Source of the DNA: Candidatus Methylomirabilia bacterium
GTDB lineage: Bacteria; Methylomirabilota; Methylomirabilia; Rokubacteriales; CSP1-6
Length of the DNA stretch: 43,303 nucleotides
Direction of reading: 5' to 3'
NCBI GenBank assembly: GCA_041496385.1
Contig: JBGQEL010000029.1
Location: 1 to 43,303 of the forward strand
Each line of letters opens with the position of its first letter. Position 1 is the stretch's first letter. The notes beneath the pieces are model-generated. The model was not told where the DNA came from. It searched no databases and saw only the letters and a program-made list of their open reading frames with translations. Position numbers and translations under genes: made by a program. Positions 18,822 through 27,614 of the stretch are shown here, in pieces.

Positions 18822-19662
18822 AGGTGCGCGCCGTCGTGCGCAAGTTGACGGGCGTGGAGTACCAGCCGCCGCCACGGACGGATCGCGCCTCGCCCGTTGC
18901 CGGACCGGATGGATTCCGCTCCGGACTCCTCGCGTAGTAGTCCTTGTCGAACCAGTCGGCGACCCACTCCGCCACGTTTCCCGCGATGTCGGCGACGCCA
19001 TACGGACTAGCCCCGTCACGGTACGAGCCCACCGGCCGGGCCGCCGTCAAGTGTCGGCCGCCGTTCGCACGCGCCGGCTCCCACGCCTCCCCCCACGGGT
19101 AGCGCCGCCCCTCGCGCCCACGCGCGGCCTTCTCCCATTCGCCCTCCGTCGGCAGGCGCTTGCCGGCCCACCGGCAGTACTCCGTCGCGTCGAACCACGA
19201 CACCTGCGTCACGGGTTGCTGCTCGGACGCCGGGACACTGCCGGGCCCGTCGGGGCTCCGCCAGTTCGCGCCCTTGACGTCCGTCCACTGGCGACGGAAC
19301 CAGCGACGCGCCCAGACGAGGGACTCGCCGTCGCGCTCCGCGGTGGTCCGATAGCCCGTCGCGACGGCGAAGCGACGGAAGCGCTCCACCGTCACCTCGA
19401 AGCGATCGATGTGAAAGCCGTCCACGACGATGCGATGCCTGGGCTGCTCGAGGCCGGCGAGAAACGCGCACTCCGCCTGGGCCCCGCCCTCGGCGCGGCA
19501 CTGCGCCGTCGCCCGGGCAACCTCGTCCGCCGCGCTCCCCATCCAGAACTCGCCGGCCGGCACGAGGACCATTTCCCCGCCGTCGTCGGCGGCCCAGGCG
19601 AGCGTGACGACAGCGCCCAGGGCCACCAAGAGCAAAGGGGGCAGCCGACGGCATCGCATCAT
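18760..19662 (-). CDS. Formylglycine-generating enzyme (FGE-sulfatase/SUMF1) family secreted protein
   Basis: MVLVPAGEFWMGS, FHIDRFEVT, PVTQVSW.DA..YC.W.GKRLPTEGEWEKAARG, GNVAEWV, RGGGW, GFRCA. Confidence 0.9.
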   Translation of the reverse strand: MMRCRRLPPLLLVALGAVVTLAWAADDGGEMVLVPAGEFWMGSAADEVARATAQCRAEGGAQAECAFLAGLEQPRHRIVVDGFHIDRFEVTVERFRRFAVATGYRTTAERDGESLVWARRWFRRQWTDVKGANWRSPDGPGSVPASEQQPVTQVSWFDATEYCRWAGKRLPTEGEWEKAARGREGRRYPWGEAWEPARANGGRHLTAARPVGSYRDGASPYGVADIAGNVAEWVADWFDKDYYARSPERNPSGPATGEARSVRGGGWYSTPVNLRTTARTFKPPETRNTNTGFRCARSAP

Positions 19663-21002
19663 GTCGAGCCTCCTCGACCACTCGGATGATCTATCACCAC
19701 GGGCCGGCCCGCTCCCCTCCCGCGCGTCGCGCGCCGGTACGCGAGTGGCGTCACCCACGCGACCGCCAGGAACGACAAGACGAGCCCGCCGACGATCCCG
19801 TGAATACCATAGGCGCGCGAGAGCGTGTACTGCCCGACGACGCTCACCGCGGCCTGGAGGGGGATCGCCCACCAGAGGGGACCAAACCGGTTCAGCGCGA
19901 GGAGCGCGTAGCTGTGGACGTCCGACCAGATACGCAGGCCAAGGGCAAGCGCGAAGAGAGCAATCACCGTGCGCGGCATCCGCAGCCCGGGGTCGGAGGA
20001 GAAGAACGCGGTCACGGGGCCAGTCGCGAGCGCGAGACCGAGCGCGCCGACGGCCACAAGCGCGAGCGAGCCCAGCAGCGAGCGTCGGACGATGCCGTCG
20101 GCCGCGCGCCAGTCACCGCGCGTCAAGACCGTCGTCAGTTCGGGCCAGGAGGCGCCGAGGAGCACGCCGTGGAACATGAGGATCACCCCGAACACGCGCG
20201 AGACCAGGCTGTACACGACGATCTCGCGCGGGGCCAGGGTCTGCGACATGACGAGGAAGTCGACTTGCAGCACGGCCGCCGAGAGCACCGCCAGCACCAG
20301 GTGACGCCCGGCGCGGGCCCGCAGCGCGCGGCCGACGACGGTATCGCCGGCGCCGGCGGCGGTGCCCGCGCCACGGAGCGCTTCCACGAGCGCGAGCAGC
20401 GCGAGCCCGGCGCCGGGCGCGGCGGCCACGACGAGCGCGGGCGCGAGCGCTCGACTCGGGTCGAGCCGCGCGAGCAGAACGAGCCCGACGAGCGACAGGA
20501 GTCCGGCGAGCGCCGTGTAGAGATGGTGCCGGTAGGCCCGCTGGGTGGCGTAGAAGACGCGATAACCGACGCCGCCGATCGTCGCGAGCACCACGAGACC
20601 GGCGACAGCGGCCAGCAGCAGCGGCGGCTGGGGAGGAAGCCCCACCGCCAGCGGCCGGAGGAGGAGATGCTGCACCACCGGCCCGCCGAGCCCGACGAGC
20701 AGCGCCGACAGGGGTAGCGCCAGGACGATTAGGCGCCTTGCGGCACGCAGAATCGGGGCCGTGCTCTCGCCGCGCGCGCGGGCCTGGGCGACGGCAAGCT
20801 CGACGCTGGGCCCGAGCCCGAAGTCGAGGAGCACGCACCAGCCCGCGGCGGCGTTGAGCACGGTATACGCGGCGTATTGTGTCGTGCCGAGATGGTGCAG
20901 CAGCACCCGGATGGACACGAGCTGCGTCACCAGGATGGCGATCCGCGCCAGCCAGCCGGAGAGTGCAAGCCGAAGGTAAGGGGGGAGCCGCACGCGCCTC
21001 AC
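19659..21002 (-). CDS. Polysaccharide flippase / Wzx-MATE-like exporter
   Basis: About 12 hydrophobic segments, LLDFGLG motif, QVD..V; polysaccharide context. Confidence 0.7.
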   Translation of the reverse strand: MRRVRLPPYLRLALSGWLARIAILVTQLVSIRVLLHHLGTTQYAAYTVLNAAAGWCVLLDFGLGPSVELAVAQARARGESTAPILRAARRLIVLALPLSALLVGLGGPVVQHLLLRPLAVGLPPQPPLLLAAVAGLVVLATIGGVGYRVFYATQRAYRHHLYTALAGLLSLVGLVLLARLDPSRALAPALVVAAAPGAGLALLALVEALRGAGTAAGAGDTVVGRALRARAGRHLVLAVLSAAVLQVDFLVMSQTLAPREIVVYSLVSRVFGVILMFHGVLLGASWPELTTVLTRGDWRAADGIVRRSLLGSLALVAVGALGLALATGPVTAFFSSDPGLRMPRTVIALFALALGLRIWSDVHSYALLALNRFGPLWWAIPLQAAVSVVGQYTLSRAYGIHGIVGGLVLSFLAVAWVTPLAYRRATRGRGAGRPVVIDHPSGRGGST

Positions 21003-21019
21003 GCTAGAATCGAGCCCGC

Positions 21020-22024
21020 ATGCGCTACGCTTCTTACGAGGCCGCCGGACGCGAGCCGAATATCATCGTCGACGGGTCCGCGACGTCGGACACCCGGCTC
21101 ACCCTGTCGCACTGGCCGCGCAGCGGCACACCGGCGAGCCTCAAGAGCGACCTCTCCGCCGGCATCGTCTTCCGCTACCTCGAGAGCCCTGCGCTCCGCG
21201 TGGACGCCGCGGTCGTGTCGAACAACCACTTCGACCAGGACGGGCTCGTCGGGCTGTACGCGCTGCTCGAGCCCGACGACGCGTGCCGGAGACGCGAGCT
21301 GTTGCTCGATGTCGCGGCCGCCGGCGACTTCGCGACGTACCGCTATCGCGAGGCGGCGCGCGCGGCCTTCACGCTGTCGGCGTTCGCCGATCCGGAGCTC
21401 TCCCCCCTCGACGGCGCGCTCTTCGCCCCGCCGTATGTCGAGTTGACGACGGCGCTCCATCGGGAGCTGCTCCCGCGGTTGCCGGAGGTCATGGATCACC
21501 CCGAGCGCTACCGCCGTTACTGGGAGGCCGAGGACGCCTGGCTCGCGGCAAGCGAGGCGGGCATCCGGTCGGGGCGCATCACGATCCGGGAGATCCCCTC
21601 GGTCGACCTGGCGGTGGTGAGTGTCGCGCCGGACCTCGGCGAGGGCCCGGCCCACCGGTTCGCGCTCCCGCGAGGCTTCCGTGTCGGCGTGCACCCGATG
21701 GCGTTGCACAACGCAACGCGCCGCTTCCGCATCCTCCTGGCGCAGGGGCACCGCTATCAGCTCCAGTTCCGATACGAGACGTGGGTCCAGTACGTGTCGG
21801 CGCGCCCGATGTCGCGCGTGGATCTGACCCCTCTCGCCACGGGGCTCACGGATGCCGAGGGTGGGCACGCCGAGTGGGCCTTCAGCGGCGCCGCCAGCAC
21901 GCTGGCGCGGCTCGAGCCCGTCGGCGCCCGCGAGAGCTCACTGCCGCTCGACGCGCTCACCCGTGCCGTCGTCTCCTTCCTGGAGAGCGCGCCGCCCGCG
22001 TGGGACCCGTACGATCCTGACTGA
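21020..22024 (+). CDS. Conserved hypothetical protein (DHH-like HFDxDG motif; possibly DUF6687-like)
   Basis: Natural-looking 334-aa globular ORF: LSHWP, NNHFDQDGLV, AGDF, YETWV. Confidence 0.6.
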   Translation: MRYASYEAAGREPNIIVDGSATSDTRLTLSHWPRSGTPASLKSDLSAGIVFRYLESPALRVDAAVVSNNHFDQDGLVGLYALLEPDDACRRRELLLDVAAAGDFATYRYREAARAAFTLSAFADPELSPLDGALFAPPYVELTTALHRELLPRLPEVMDHPERYRRYWEAEDAWLAASEAGIRSGRITIREIPSVDLAVVSVAPDLGEGPAHRFALPRGFRVGVHPMALHNATRRFRILLAQGHRYQLQFRYETWVQYVSARPMSRVDLTPLATGLTDAEGGHAEWAFSGAASTLARLEPVGARESSLPLDALTRAVVSFLESAPPAWDPYDPD

Positions 22025-22130
22025 CGCGCGGGAGGACGCGGCGGTTCGAGTAGAATCGCGGTGCCGCGAAGCGGTCCGCATGAGGGAGTCTAGAGAGTGA
22101 GCGCCCAGTACGCAAGAACGACGGCGAGGC

Positions 22131-24074
22131 ATGTGCGGGATTAGTGTCGCCCTCGACCGCGCGGCGGCGGGCGACGTCCCGCGCGACCTCCGGGCAATGC
22201 ACGCTCCGATCCGCCACCGCGGTCCCGATGGGGAAGGCTTCCTTCTCGTGGGGCCGGAGGGCCGCTGCCGCCGCGGCGACGACCTCGACGCGGAGGGCGC
22301 GCGCGCGACGCTGCTCGGCATGGCGAGCCGACGGTTGAAGATCCTCGATCTCTCGGGCGCCGCCGCGCAACCCATGGCGGCGCCCGACGGCTTATCGTGG
22401 ATCGTCTTCAACGGCGAGATCTACAACTTCCGCGAGCTGCGCGAGGAGCTGACCGCGCTCGGGCGCACGTTCGTCACCTCGGGTGACACGGAGGTGGTGC
22501 TCGCGGCCTGGGACGCGTGGGGCGAGCGCGCGCTCGAGCGCCTCGACGGAATGTGGGCGTTCGTCATCGCCGATCTCCGGCGACGCCGGCTCGTCGGCTC
22601 GCGTGACCGCTTCGGCATCAAGCCCCTCTACTGGGCCGAGGACGGCCGGCGCCTCTGGCTTGCTTCGGAGATCCGGCAGATTCTCGCCGCGCGCCCCGGG
22701 TCTCCGGTCGCGCACGCGCCGATCGTCGCCATGTTCCTCCGCGGCGAGCGCTTCCCCTGCCTCGAGGAGACGTTCTTCGAGGGCATCCGGAGCGTGCCGC
22801 CGGCCACGTGGTTCGAGGTGGCGTGGGACACGAGCGGGCCGCTCGCGCCGGAGTTTCGGCCCTACTGGCGGCTCGCCGACTTCCGGTGTCCGGAGGAAGC
22901 GTGGGCGGGCGGGCCGTACGAGAGCGCGCTGGAGGAGTTCCGCGCGGCGCTCGCGACCGCCGTCGCTTCGCACGACGTGGCCGACGTCACGGTCGGAAGC
23001 CTGCTCTCGGGCGGGCTCGACTCCTCGACGCTGGCGGCGGTCCTGGCGCAACGGGCCCGCGCGGCCGGACGCCGGTGCCCGACATTTTCGTTCGGCGTGC
23101 GCGGCGCGGGAGCCCTGTCCGAGCTCGGCTACGTCGACGCGATGGTGCGGCGCGACGGCCTCGAGAATCATCAAACGGGATTCGACGCCGCGTGGGTCGC
23201 CGCCAACGCGCCGCGCGTGATCCGCACGCTCGAGGAGCCGCCGCTGGCGATGCCTCCCCTGGCACAGGACCGCGTCTTCGAGCTGGCCCGCGAGCACGGC
23301 GCGACCGTCGTCCTCGACGGCGAGGGCGCCGACGAGGTGCTGGCCGGCTACCAGTACCACGAGCGCGCGCTGCTGCTCGACGATCTGGCTCACCTCCGGC
23401 TCCGAGCGTTTCTGGCCGACCTGCGGGCTGTGGCCCGCCGGCGCCCGCGCGGGCTCGCGGGCACTGCCGTGGACTATCTGGTCCGGCCGCCGGTCGCGCG
23501 CTGGCGCGCGCGCCACCCGTGGGTCGCGGCCGGCTACGGCCGTCGAGCGGACCCGGATGAAGTGAGCGCAGCCGAGCGGGACCGCGGGAGCGATCCCTCC
23601 CGGGTGCAGCGCCAGCTCCACTACGACGTCCGGTGGGGCAACCTCAAGATCGTCCTCGGCTACACGGACAAGACCGCGATGGCACACTCGGTCGAGGCCC
23701 GCGTGCCCTATCTGGACCGGCGCCTCGTGGAGCTCGCGTTTTCCTTGCCGGACCGTTACAAGGTCGGGCAGGGCGACCGAAAGCGCATTCTTCGCGATGT
23801 GGCGCGCGGGCTGGTCCCTGCCGAGATCACTGAGCGGTCCGACCGGATGGGCTTCGCGATGCCGGACGGCCAGATGCTGCGCGGGGCGATGTGGCCGGCG
23901 GTCGCGCAAATCGTGCGCGATCGGAGCCTCCTCGACGCGCCGTGCCTGTCCGGCCGCGCGGCCGCGAGACTCATCGACGACTTCGAGTCCGGGCGCTCCC
24001 ACGACCACCGCGCGATCTGGAGACTCTACGCGCTCGCGCTCTGGCGGGAGCAGTTCGACGTGCGGTTCGGTTGA
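22131..24074 (+). CDS. asnB: Asparagine synthase (glutamine-hydrolysing)-type amidotransferase
   Basis: MCGI, HRGPDG, FNGEIYNF, DRFGIKPLY, LSGGLDSS, GEGADE, EARVPYLD. Confidence 0.93.
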   Translation: MCGISVALDRAAAGDVPRDLRAMHAPIRHRGPDGEGFLLVGPEGRCRRGDDLDAEGARATLLGMASRRLKILDLSGAAAQPMAAPDGLSWIVFNGEIYNFRELREELTALGRTFVTSGDTEVVLAAWDAWGERALERLDGMWAFVIADLRRRRLVGSRDRFGIKPLYWAEDGRRLWLASEIRQILAARPGSPVAHAPIVAMFLRGERFPCLEETFFEGIRSVPPATWFEVAWDTSGPLAPEFRPYWRLADFRCPEEAWAGGPYESALEEFRAALATAVASHDVADVTVGSLLSGGLDSSTLAAVLAQRARAAGRRCPTFSFGVRGAGALSELGYVDAMVRRDGLENHQTGFDAAWVAANAPRVIRTLEEPPLAMPPLAQDRVFELAREHGATVVLDGEGADEVLAGYQYHERALLLDDLAHLRLRAFLADLRAVARRRPRGLAGTAVDYLVRPPVARWRARHPWVAAGYGRRADPDEVSAAERDRGSDPSRVQRQLHYDVRWGNLKIVLGYTDKTAMAHSVEARVPYLDRRLVELAFSLPDRYKVGQGDRKRILRDVARGLVPAEITERSDRMGFAMPDGQMLRGAMWPAVAQIVRDRSLLDAPCLSGRAAARLIDDFESGRSHDHRAIWRLYALALWREQFDVRFG

Positions 24075-24099
24075 TGGTTCTCATGAAAGGAGTCTCGCG

Positions 24100-24687
24100 A
24101 TGAAGGCCCGGAAGCTCCTGCTCTGCGCGACCGGCGGCTACCAATGCTATGCCCTGCCGGGCTTCGTTCTGGCCCTGCTTCGACACGTCGCCGAGGACGT
24201 CCAGGTGGTCCTCTCCGCCCCCGCGGCGAAGCTCGTCTCCGCCTACGCCGTGGAGGTCGCGAGCCGACACCCCGTCTACGTGGAGATGAGCGACACCGGG
24301 CCCGACGTGTTCGTGCCGCATATCGAGCTGGCGCGCGCGGCGGACGTGATCCTCGTGTACCCCGCGACGGTCAGCATGGTCGGCAAGGTCGCGAACGGGA
24401 TCGCCGACGAGCTGATCTCTGCGCTCATCTTCGCCGCCTCGGCGCCCGTCATCTTCGTGCCGATCGCCAACCCCACGATGTGGGGGCAGCCCGCCGTACG
24501 CCGGAACCTCGACCGCCTCCGGGCCGACGGCTACACGGTTCTGCCGCCACAGCCGGGTCTGGAGGTGGCGACACGGGAGGGCCTCGAAGCCATCCCGGAC
24601 GCCTTCCCCCACCCCACCCTGTTGACCCATATCCGCGCGGCCTTGGCGGGGCGGGCCCCCGGAGGGGGAGGCCTCCGAGATAGTTGA
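24100..24687 (+). CDS. HFCD flavoprotein, LanD/EpiD-like peptidyl-cysteine decarboxylase
   Basis: ATG at 24100 with RBS AAGGAG; PHIEL (catalytic His), PATVSMVGKVANGIADEL, PIANPTMW, GLEVAT clamp; no CoaB ligase domain. Confidence 0.85.
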   Translation: MKARKLLLCATGGYQCYALPGFVLALLRHVAEDVQVVLSAPAAKLVSAYAVEVASRHPVYVEMSDTGPDVFVPHIELARAADVILVYPATVSMVGKVANGIADELISALIFAASAPVIFVPIANPTMWGQPAVRRNLDRLRADGYTVLPPQPGLEVATREGLEAIPDAFPHPTLLTHIRAALAGRAPGGGGLRDS

Positions 24688-24713
24688 CATGTCCAGGTGA
24701 CCAGTGCTAATTT
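24684..24713 (+). promoter_or_regulatory. Sigma-70-type promoter upstream of the RRE and precursor genes
   Basis: TTGACA (24684-24689), 18 bp spacer, extended -10 TGcTAATTT (24705-24713). Confidence 0.55.
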
Positions 24714-24742
24714 TGCGCGCGGTCTCAGAGAGTTGACCCCCC

Positions 24743-25048
24743 ATGGACGCCAAGGCGGGATTCTCGATGTTCGTGAAGAGTTCGGTGATCGAAGAGGCGC
24801 CGCTGGCCGCGGAGCTCATGCTCTTCGACCCGGGCACCTCCAGGTTCTTTGTGTTGAATCGCACGATGGCGCTCGTTTGGCGCCACTGCGACGGGCAGCA
24901 CTCGCTCACGGCGATGCTCGACGTCATGAGCCAAGAGTTCGATGAGTTCGAGCGTGGAGCCGCAGAGCAGGATGTGCAGAAGGCCGTGAGCGAGCTGGTG
25001 TCGCTCGGCCTGATCACGACCGCCGATGGCGGGCCGAATCGTACATAG
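24743..25048 (+). CDS. PqqD-family RiPP recognition element (RRE)
   Basis: ELMLFDP...FFVLNRTMALVWRHCDG...L...F......A..DV...V.EL.SLGLI, the PqqD winged-helix pattern. Confidence 0.9.
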   Translation: MDAKAGFSMFVKSSVIEEAPLAAELMLFDPGTSRFFVLNRTMALVWRHCDGQHSLTAMLDVMSQEFDEFERGAAEQDVQKAVSELVSLGLITTADGGPNRT

Positions 25049-25059
25049 GAGAGTGATAG

Positions 25060-25212
25060 ATGAGCGAGCAGATGATCCCGGTGCAGGTTCAGCGGCAGGA
25101 CCGCCCGCGCTACGAGGCGCCGCGCATCCAGCAGATGACCGAGAAGGACATCCTGAACACCTTCCAGGTGACGCAGTCGATGGCCGTGTGGTGGATCACC
25201 GCCATGTGCTAG
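25060..25212 (+). CDS. Putative RiPP precursor peptide, 50 aa: MSEQMIPVQVQRQDRPRYEAPRIQQMTEKDILNTFQVTQSMAVWWITAMC
   Basis: Hand translation; RBS AGGAGAG at 25047-25053; YxxP RRE-binding motif; C-terminal Cys; fills the gap between the RRE and kinase genes. Confidence 0.88.
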   Translation: MSEQMIPVQVQRQDRPRYEAPRIQQMTEKDILNTFQVTQSMAVWWITAMC

Positions 25213-25228
25213 CGCGGGCTTTGCCCGC

Positions 25229-26278
25229 GTGATCCGCGGCAACGAGGACTCGAGCCTCGAGGCTGTTCTGCGGGCGTGGCAAGCGAAAAGTCACAAGGAC
25301 GTGTCGCGCGGTGTCTACACGCTGGCGGGCGCGTCGATCTGTGTCGAGGCTGACGACGACGCTCTCCTCGTAGAGATCGGGACAACCCTCGGTGGCCCGG
25401 TCGTGCCTCACGGTGGCGCCGGGGCCACGTGCCGGGCATCGGTGTGGAGCCGTGGAGGTCCTGGCGGCTACGGTCACCTGGAGATGGTCGCCCCAACCGA
25501 CGATGTCCATTCGCCCGATGACCTCCTTCTGGGGCTTTCGGCTTCCGAGCCTCTGTTCAAGATCGTCAGCGCTTCCACGTGGACGACCGTCGCGATACAC
25601 GGCGAACGCGAGCCGCTTTTCATGCTGAAAGGTGCGCACTGTCTCTTCCGCCTGACGCCGACCTGGCGGACGACCGTCTCGCTGTTTCTCTTCAATCGTC
25701 TGCTGAGGCTGCGTCGGGACGCCATCTTCCTCCATGCGTCGTCGGTCGCGATCCGCGGCCAGGGGGCGCTGTTCATCGGGCCGAGCGGGCGTGGTAAGTC
25801 CACCATCGCGCTCGCGCTGGCGGCGCGAGGTCACTCGCTGCTGGGGGACGACACCGCGTGCTACCTGCCCGCGACGGGCGAGCTGCTACCCTGCCAGCGT
25901 GCGGTGGGGATCCGGCCCGGACCGCGCGCGAAGGTGATCGAGCGGGCCCTCGTCGGCGCGGGGCATAGCACGACCCGGGGCGCGGTGCGCGTAGCCGCCG
26001 ACAGCCTCCTACCTGGCCAGCGCCCGGAAGCGGTGCGCCTCACGACCGTCGTGTTCCTCGACCCGTTCGCGGCGGAGCCGGAGCTGGTTCGGATCGAGCC
26101 CACTCGCGAGGAGCTTCGGCGGCTCCAGCCGGTCGTCGGCTCGCTCGTGAACGCCGCGGCCACCCGGCGGGTCTTCGAGCTGACGCGCCTCCTGTCCAGC
26201 GTCGCCGCGTACCGTCTCAGGCCCGGTGACCCGGACGATACGGCGCGCTGTCTCGAAGAGGCAGTGGCAGCCGCATGA
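25229..26278 (+). CDS. HPr kinase-related P-loop Ser/Thr kinase
   Basis: LHASSV...GALFIGPSGRGKST...LLGDD, the HprK His/P-loop/DD signature. Confidence 0.85.
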   Translation: MIRGNEDSSLEAVLRAWQAKSHKDVSRGVYTLAGASICVEADDDALLVEIGTTLGGPVVPHGGAGATCRASVWSRGGPGGYGHLEMVAPTDDVHSPDDLLLGLSASEPLFKIVSASTWTTVAIHGEREPLFMLKGAHCLFRLTPTWRTTVSLFLFNRLLRLRRDAIFLHASSVAIRGQGALFIGPSGRGKSTIALALAARGHSLLGDDTACYLPATGELLPCQRAVGIRPGPRAKVIERALVGAGHSTTRGAVRVAADSLLPGQRPEAVRLTTVVFLDPFAAEPELVRIEPTREELRRLQPVVGSLVNAAATRRVFELTRLLSSVAAYRLRPGDPDDTARCLEEAVAAA

Positions 26279-26808
26279 CGCTCCTCGTCGACGAGCGCGG
26301 ACGCCGGATCGCGACATTCCGCTGGATCGCGGTCCGTCTGATGGAGACGGTCGCCGGTTGGACGCCGACCACGCCGGAGATGGAAGTCAAGCAGGTGTTC
26401 GGGCGACACATCTGGGACTTCGCGCAGCACGCCGACGCCCTGGGGAAGCGGACGTTCGAGCTCCGGCTGCCGGAGCAGCACTCGATTCCCCCCACGGAGC
26501 CCTACCACAACGTTCTCACGCAGGTCGCCGCGCTCCGTGGAACCGTCGAGCGGCTCGCTGGATTGTACGACGCCGTTCTGCCAGGTCTCGAGGCGCGCTA
26601 CCAGCGATATCTGCAGCTCACGGATGCCGTCCTCGACGAGCCCTCCATCGTGATCGTCGAGCGGATACTGACCGACCTTGCGCGCCAGCGTCGTGATGCC
26701 GACCGGGTCCGCCGTTCTCTGACGATAGCGCCCGGCGACCCTGGCGAGCTCCGAATGACTGAGGCGGCGATCGCCGACGTCTGCCAGGTGACGGCGACCG
26801 CCGTATGA
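26275..26808 (+). CDS. Ferritin-like fold protein with degenerate metal ligands (resembles N-terminal half of long DUF455-type proteins)
   Basis: Helical; ME..AGW.P..PE.EVK..FGRHIWDFAQHA..L.KR..EL, DEPS; ATGA-coupled on both sides. Confidence 0.6.
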   Translation: MTLLVDERGRRIATFRWIAVRLMETVAGWTPTTPEMEVKQVFGRHIWDFAQHADALGKRTFELRLPEQHSIPPTEPYHNVLTQVAALRGTVERLAGLYDAVLPGLEARYQRYLQLTDAVLDEPSIVIVERILTDLARQRRDADRVRRSLTIAPGDPGELRMTEAAIADVCQVTATAV

Positions 26809-27614
26809 CGGACATCGGGTACGTGACCGCGGGCACTATCCGGCTGCGCGCCAATCCGGCTCGCGATCCGTGCTTCACGGTCGTGTATCGCGACGCCGAC
26901 ATGCACGAGCACGCGGGAGCCGGCCAGGTCGCCCGGCGCGAGATGGTGCACCGTCACATGTCGAACGAGATCACGAGTCTGGACATCGCCGCGCAGTGCC
27001 TGGCGGAGTTCCCCGAAGCCCCGTGGGGCCTGCGGCTCGAGCTGGCGCGACAGTGCTGGGACGAGTCGCGGCACGTGGGCGCACTCCACCGGCGCTTGCA
27101 AGCGATGGGCGGGCGCAAGGGCGAGTTCCCCATCTCGGTCTTCGAGTGGAACATCACCTGCGCCATCGACAACCTCGTCGGGCGGCTCGCGACGCAGAAC
27201 CGGACGCTGGAGGCGGGTGCGATGGACGTGGTCGGCGCGCTCCGAAGGTCCGTCCATGACGCCGGCGACGAGGAGACGGCCCGGGTCCTCGACATGATCC
27301 TGACCGACGAGATCCAGCACGTCCGATTTGCCAACCGCTGGATCAAGACGCTGGCCGCCGTGGATCGACGCGCGCTTCTCAAGGTCGCCATGGCCGTGCG
27401 CTTTCTCGCGGAGACCAACGCCGCGTTCCTGCCCAGCGGGCCCGAGGTCAATGCCGTGGGCACCCTCCTCGAGGCACCCACGGACCGCATTCCGCCGGTC
27501 AACATCGAGGACCGGCGCCTCGCCGAGTTCTCCGACGACGAGATCCGGGAAATTCTCCGCCAGGCGGGGTTCCGCTCGCTCGAGCCGGAGACGCCGGTAG
27601 AGAGGCCAGCGTGA
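26805..27614 (+). CDS. DUF455-like ferritin-fold diiron protein A
   Basis: HRHMSNEI, ARQCWDESRH, LEAGAMD, DEIQHV, giving the E...ExxH...E...ExxH diiron ligand pattern. Confidence 0.8.
   Translation: MTDIGYVTAGTIRLRANPARDPCFTVVYRDADMHEHAGAGQVARREMVHRHMSNEITSLDIAAQCLAEFPEAPWGLRLELARQCWDESRHVGALHRRLQAMGGRKGEFPISVFEWNITCAIDNLVGRLATQNRTLEAGAMDVVGALRRSVHDAGDEETARVLDMILTDEIQHVRFANRWIKTLAAVDRRALLKVAMAVRFLAETNAAFLPSGPEVNAVGTLLEAPTDRIPPVNIEDRRLAEFSDDEIREILRQAGFRSLEPETPVERPA

Noticed and set aside
24100..24687. coaBC/dfp housekeeping gene
   Set aside because: No PPC synthetase domain, no clamp Cys, and it neighbours a Cys-terminal peptide.
24743..25048. PQQ biosynthesis (pqqD)
   Set aside because: No pqqB, pqqC or pqqE, and the peptide lacks the ExxxY core; treated as a generic RRE.
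22131..25212. Lasso peptide cluster (AsnB-like + PqqD + YxxP precursor + kinase)
   Set aside because: No B2 transglutaminase-like protease; the AsnB keeps a full glutaminase domain; the predicted core has no Asp/Glu acceptor for a macrolactam.
25026..25232. 68-aa ORF from the track as the gene between the RRE and kinase
   Set aside because: It overlaps both neighbours and has no RBS or motif; the 25060-25212 frame has an RBS, typical codon usage and RiPP motifs.
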